From positions 90,092 to 154,091 of the IMG/VR virus record IMGVR_UViG_3300032893_000005: DNA of 64,000 nt. One strand, given 5' to 3'. Under the pieces are notes generated by a model. The model ran no database searches, was not told where the DNA came from, and was given only the letters and a program-made list of their open reading frames with translations. Positions 63,001 to 64,000 of the stretch are shown here, piece after piece. Position numbers and translations under genes: made by a program. Source of the stretch: a virus. How positions within the stretch are numbered: the stretch's first letter is position 1; each line of letters begins with the position of its first letter.

Positions 63001-63425
63001 GACCCCGTCTTGTGATGATTGTTGACCACCTTCACAGCGTCCTCGACGTTTGAGAACATCTGCGGGTGACGTGCGATCGCGGAGCCATTAGCGCCTACTT
63101 GAGCGATCGATACGTGCGGTACCTTGCCCATCTTGTGGGCGTCTACCGTAACTTCATAATGCGGTGCAGCAGAACCCTTCATCCCCATCATGTGCACGAT
63201 CTTTCCGGCCTGAGTCGCCTTTCGACCTAGGTACTGGAGTGGACCTGCACTGGCACTGACCGGCGCCTTAGGCGCCTGGTTACCAGCCCTCATGAGCGGG
63301 ACGATGTTGTTGTCCTTCTTCAAGTCGGCTTCCCGGTTGAAGTGACCACGAACTTCTTGGATGGCCTGAGTCAGGTTCCTGAGTGAGGTAAGCTTCTTGT
63401 AGAGTTCTGGAGGGACGTCAGCCAT
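62994..63425 (-). CDS. head-region hypothetical protein
   Basis: LKKD motif; directly after a late promoter. Confidence 0.65.
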   Translation of the reverse strand: MADVPPELYKKLTSLRNLTQAIQEVRGHFNREADLKKDNNIVPLMRAGNQAPKAPVSASAGPLQYLGRKATQAGKIVHMMGMKGSAAPHYEVTVDAHKMGKVPHVSIAQVGANGSAIARHPQMFSNVEDAVKVVNNHHKTGSW

Positions 63426-63435
63426 ACTGCGTTAG

Positions 63436-63468
63436 ATTAAGATCTTGACCTAAATGGTTGTTATCATT
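63436..63468 (-). promoter_or_regulatory. late promoter element copy 7
   Basis: AATGATAACA-accat-TTA-ggtca-AGATCTTAAT, 11 bp before ATG 63425. Confidence 0.75.
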
Positions 63469-64000
63469 GAGGATCATCGGGAGAGTCCCAGCCTTGATTC
63501 TGGGCCTCTTCCTGGTACGCGGGAGGGGTAGCTGGCATGTTCGCGATCTTGATGCCGGTAGCCTCGCCCTGGACCATCTTGTCGGTGCGCTCGATGTAGG
63601 TGTGCTCGACCCGGCCAACCATGATGACTTCCCGACCAAAGACCTGCTGGGGGTCGTTTATGACCTTATGGATCTTGCCGTAGGATACGGTCGCGGCTGC
63701 AAAGTTCTTAGAGTCAAAGAACGTGATGCGGTATCGACCGATTATGTACAGGAGGAGCGAGTAGACGTAGATCAGCTCTGCCGTCTCAGTTGCCATGCAG
63801 GTGAACGTGACTTTCTCGTGGAAGAAGAAGCTCCGGCGCGTATTCGACACGACGTTCTTCATCGCCCTGATGGTCATGCCGTCAAAGTTAGGCTGAGACC
63901 CAGCCGTGATCAGCAGAGTCTGGTCGTCTAGTACGACTTGGATCGGGTATCCCTGCCTGTTCTTCTCGTCGTAGAGGATCTGCCCGTCAAAGACACGCTT
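63464..64000 (-). CDS. partial neck/tail-terminator-type virion protein (5' end outside the window)
   Basis: frame open from 64000; E.V.F.C.A...LIY.YS...Y...RYR...F; VF.R...M.G.V. Confidence 0.55.
   Translation of the reverse strand, partial: KRVFDGQILYDEKNRQGYPIQVVLDDQTLLITAGSQPNFDGMTIRAMKNVVSNTRRSFFFHEKVTFTCMATETAELIYVYSLLLYIIGRYRITFFDSKNFAAATVSYGKIHKVINDPQQVFGREVIMVGRVEHTYIERTDKMVQGEATGIKIANMPATPPAYQEEAQNQGWDSPDDPQ

Noticed and set aside
1-64000. tRNA, rRNA, integrase or transposase genes
   Set aside because: No cloverleaf in intergenic gaps (GTTCGA matches lie inside CDS) and no recombinase or transposase motifs recognised.

Overview
This window is a 64 kb piece of a large, uncultured-type contractile-tailed phage genome (myovirus morphology, GC roughly mid-50s % by eye), read in the standard genetic code. 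The minus strand carries the late virion genes: a partial neck-type gene, Lys-motif head-region proteins, a 935 aa sheath, tube, assembly chaperones, tape measure, hub, spike, a 1845 aa baseplate J-like wedge, a second tube paralogue and about ten tail-fibre/adhesin genes in two clusters. Two free-standing homing-type endonucleases and a permuted papain-like amidase are inserted among them. The plus strand carries two blocks of small early-type genes (1-5976 and 50218-56916) behind sigma70-like promoters, including CYTH, DUF932, a PhaR-like regulator, a MazG-like pyrophosphohydrolase and a dNMP kinase. The best unexplained signal is a 33 bp element found 7 times, always just upstream of minus-strand late units. 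Its consensus is ARNNANNWCA-N5-TTA-N5-AGATCTTAAT, an IHF-consensus-like site at fixed spacing from a novel 10-mer, which makes it a candidate IHF-assisted late promoter. Other leads are a 17 bp RNA stem with a C-rich anti-SD loop, a phased palindrome array, and head-region proteins punctuated by candidate hydrophobic-x-Lys cleavage sites. No tRNA, CRISPR array, reverse transcriptase or integrase was seen. Protein family calls come from motif recognition by eye, not from database searches.
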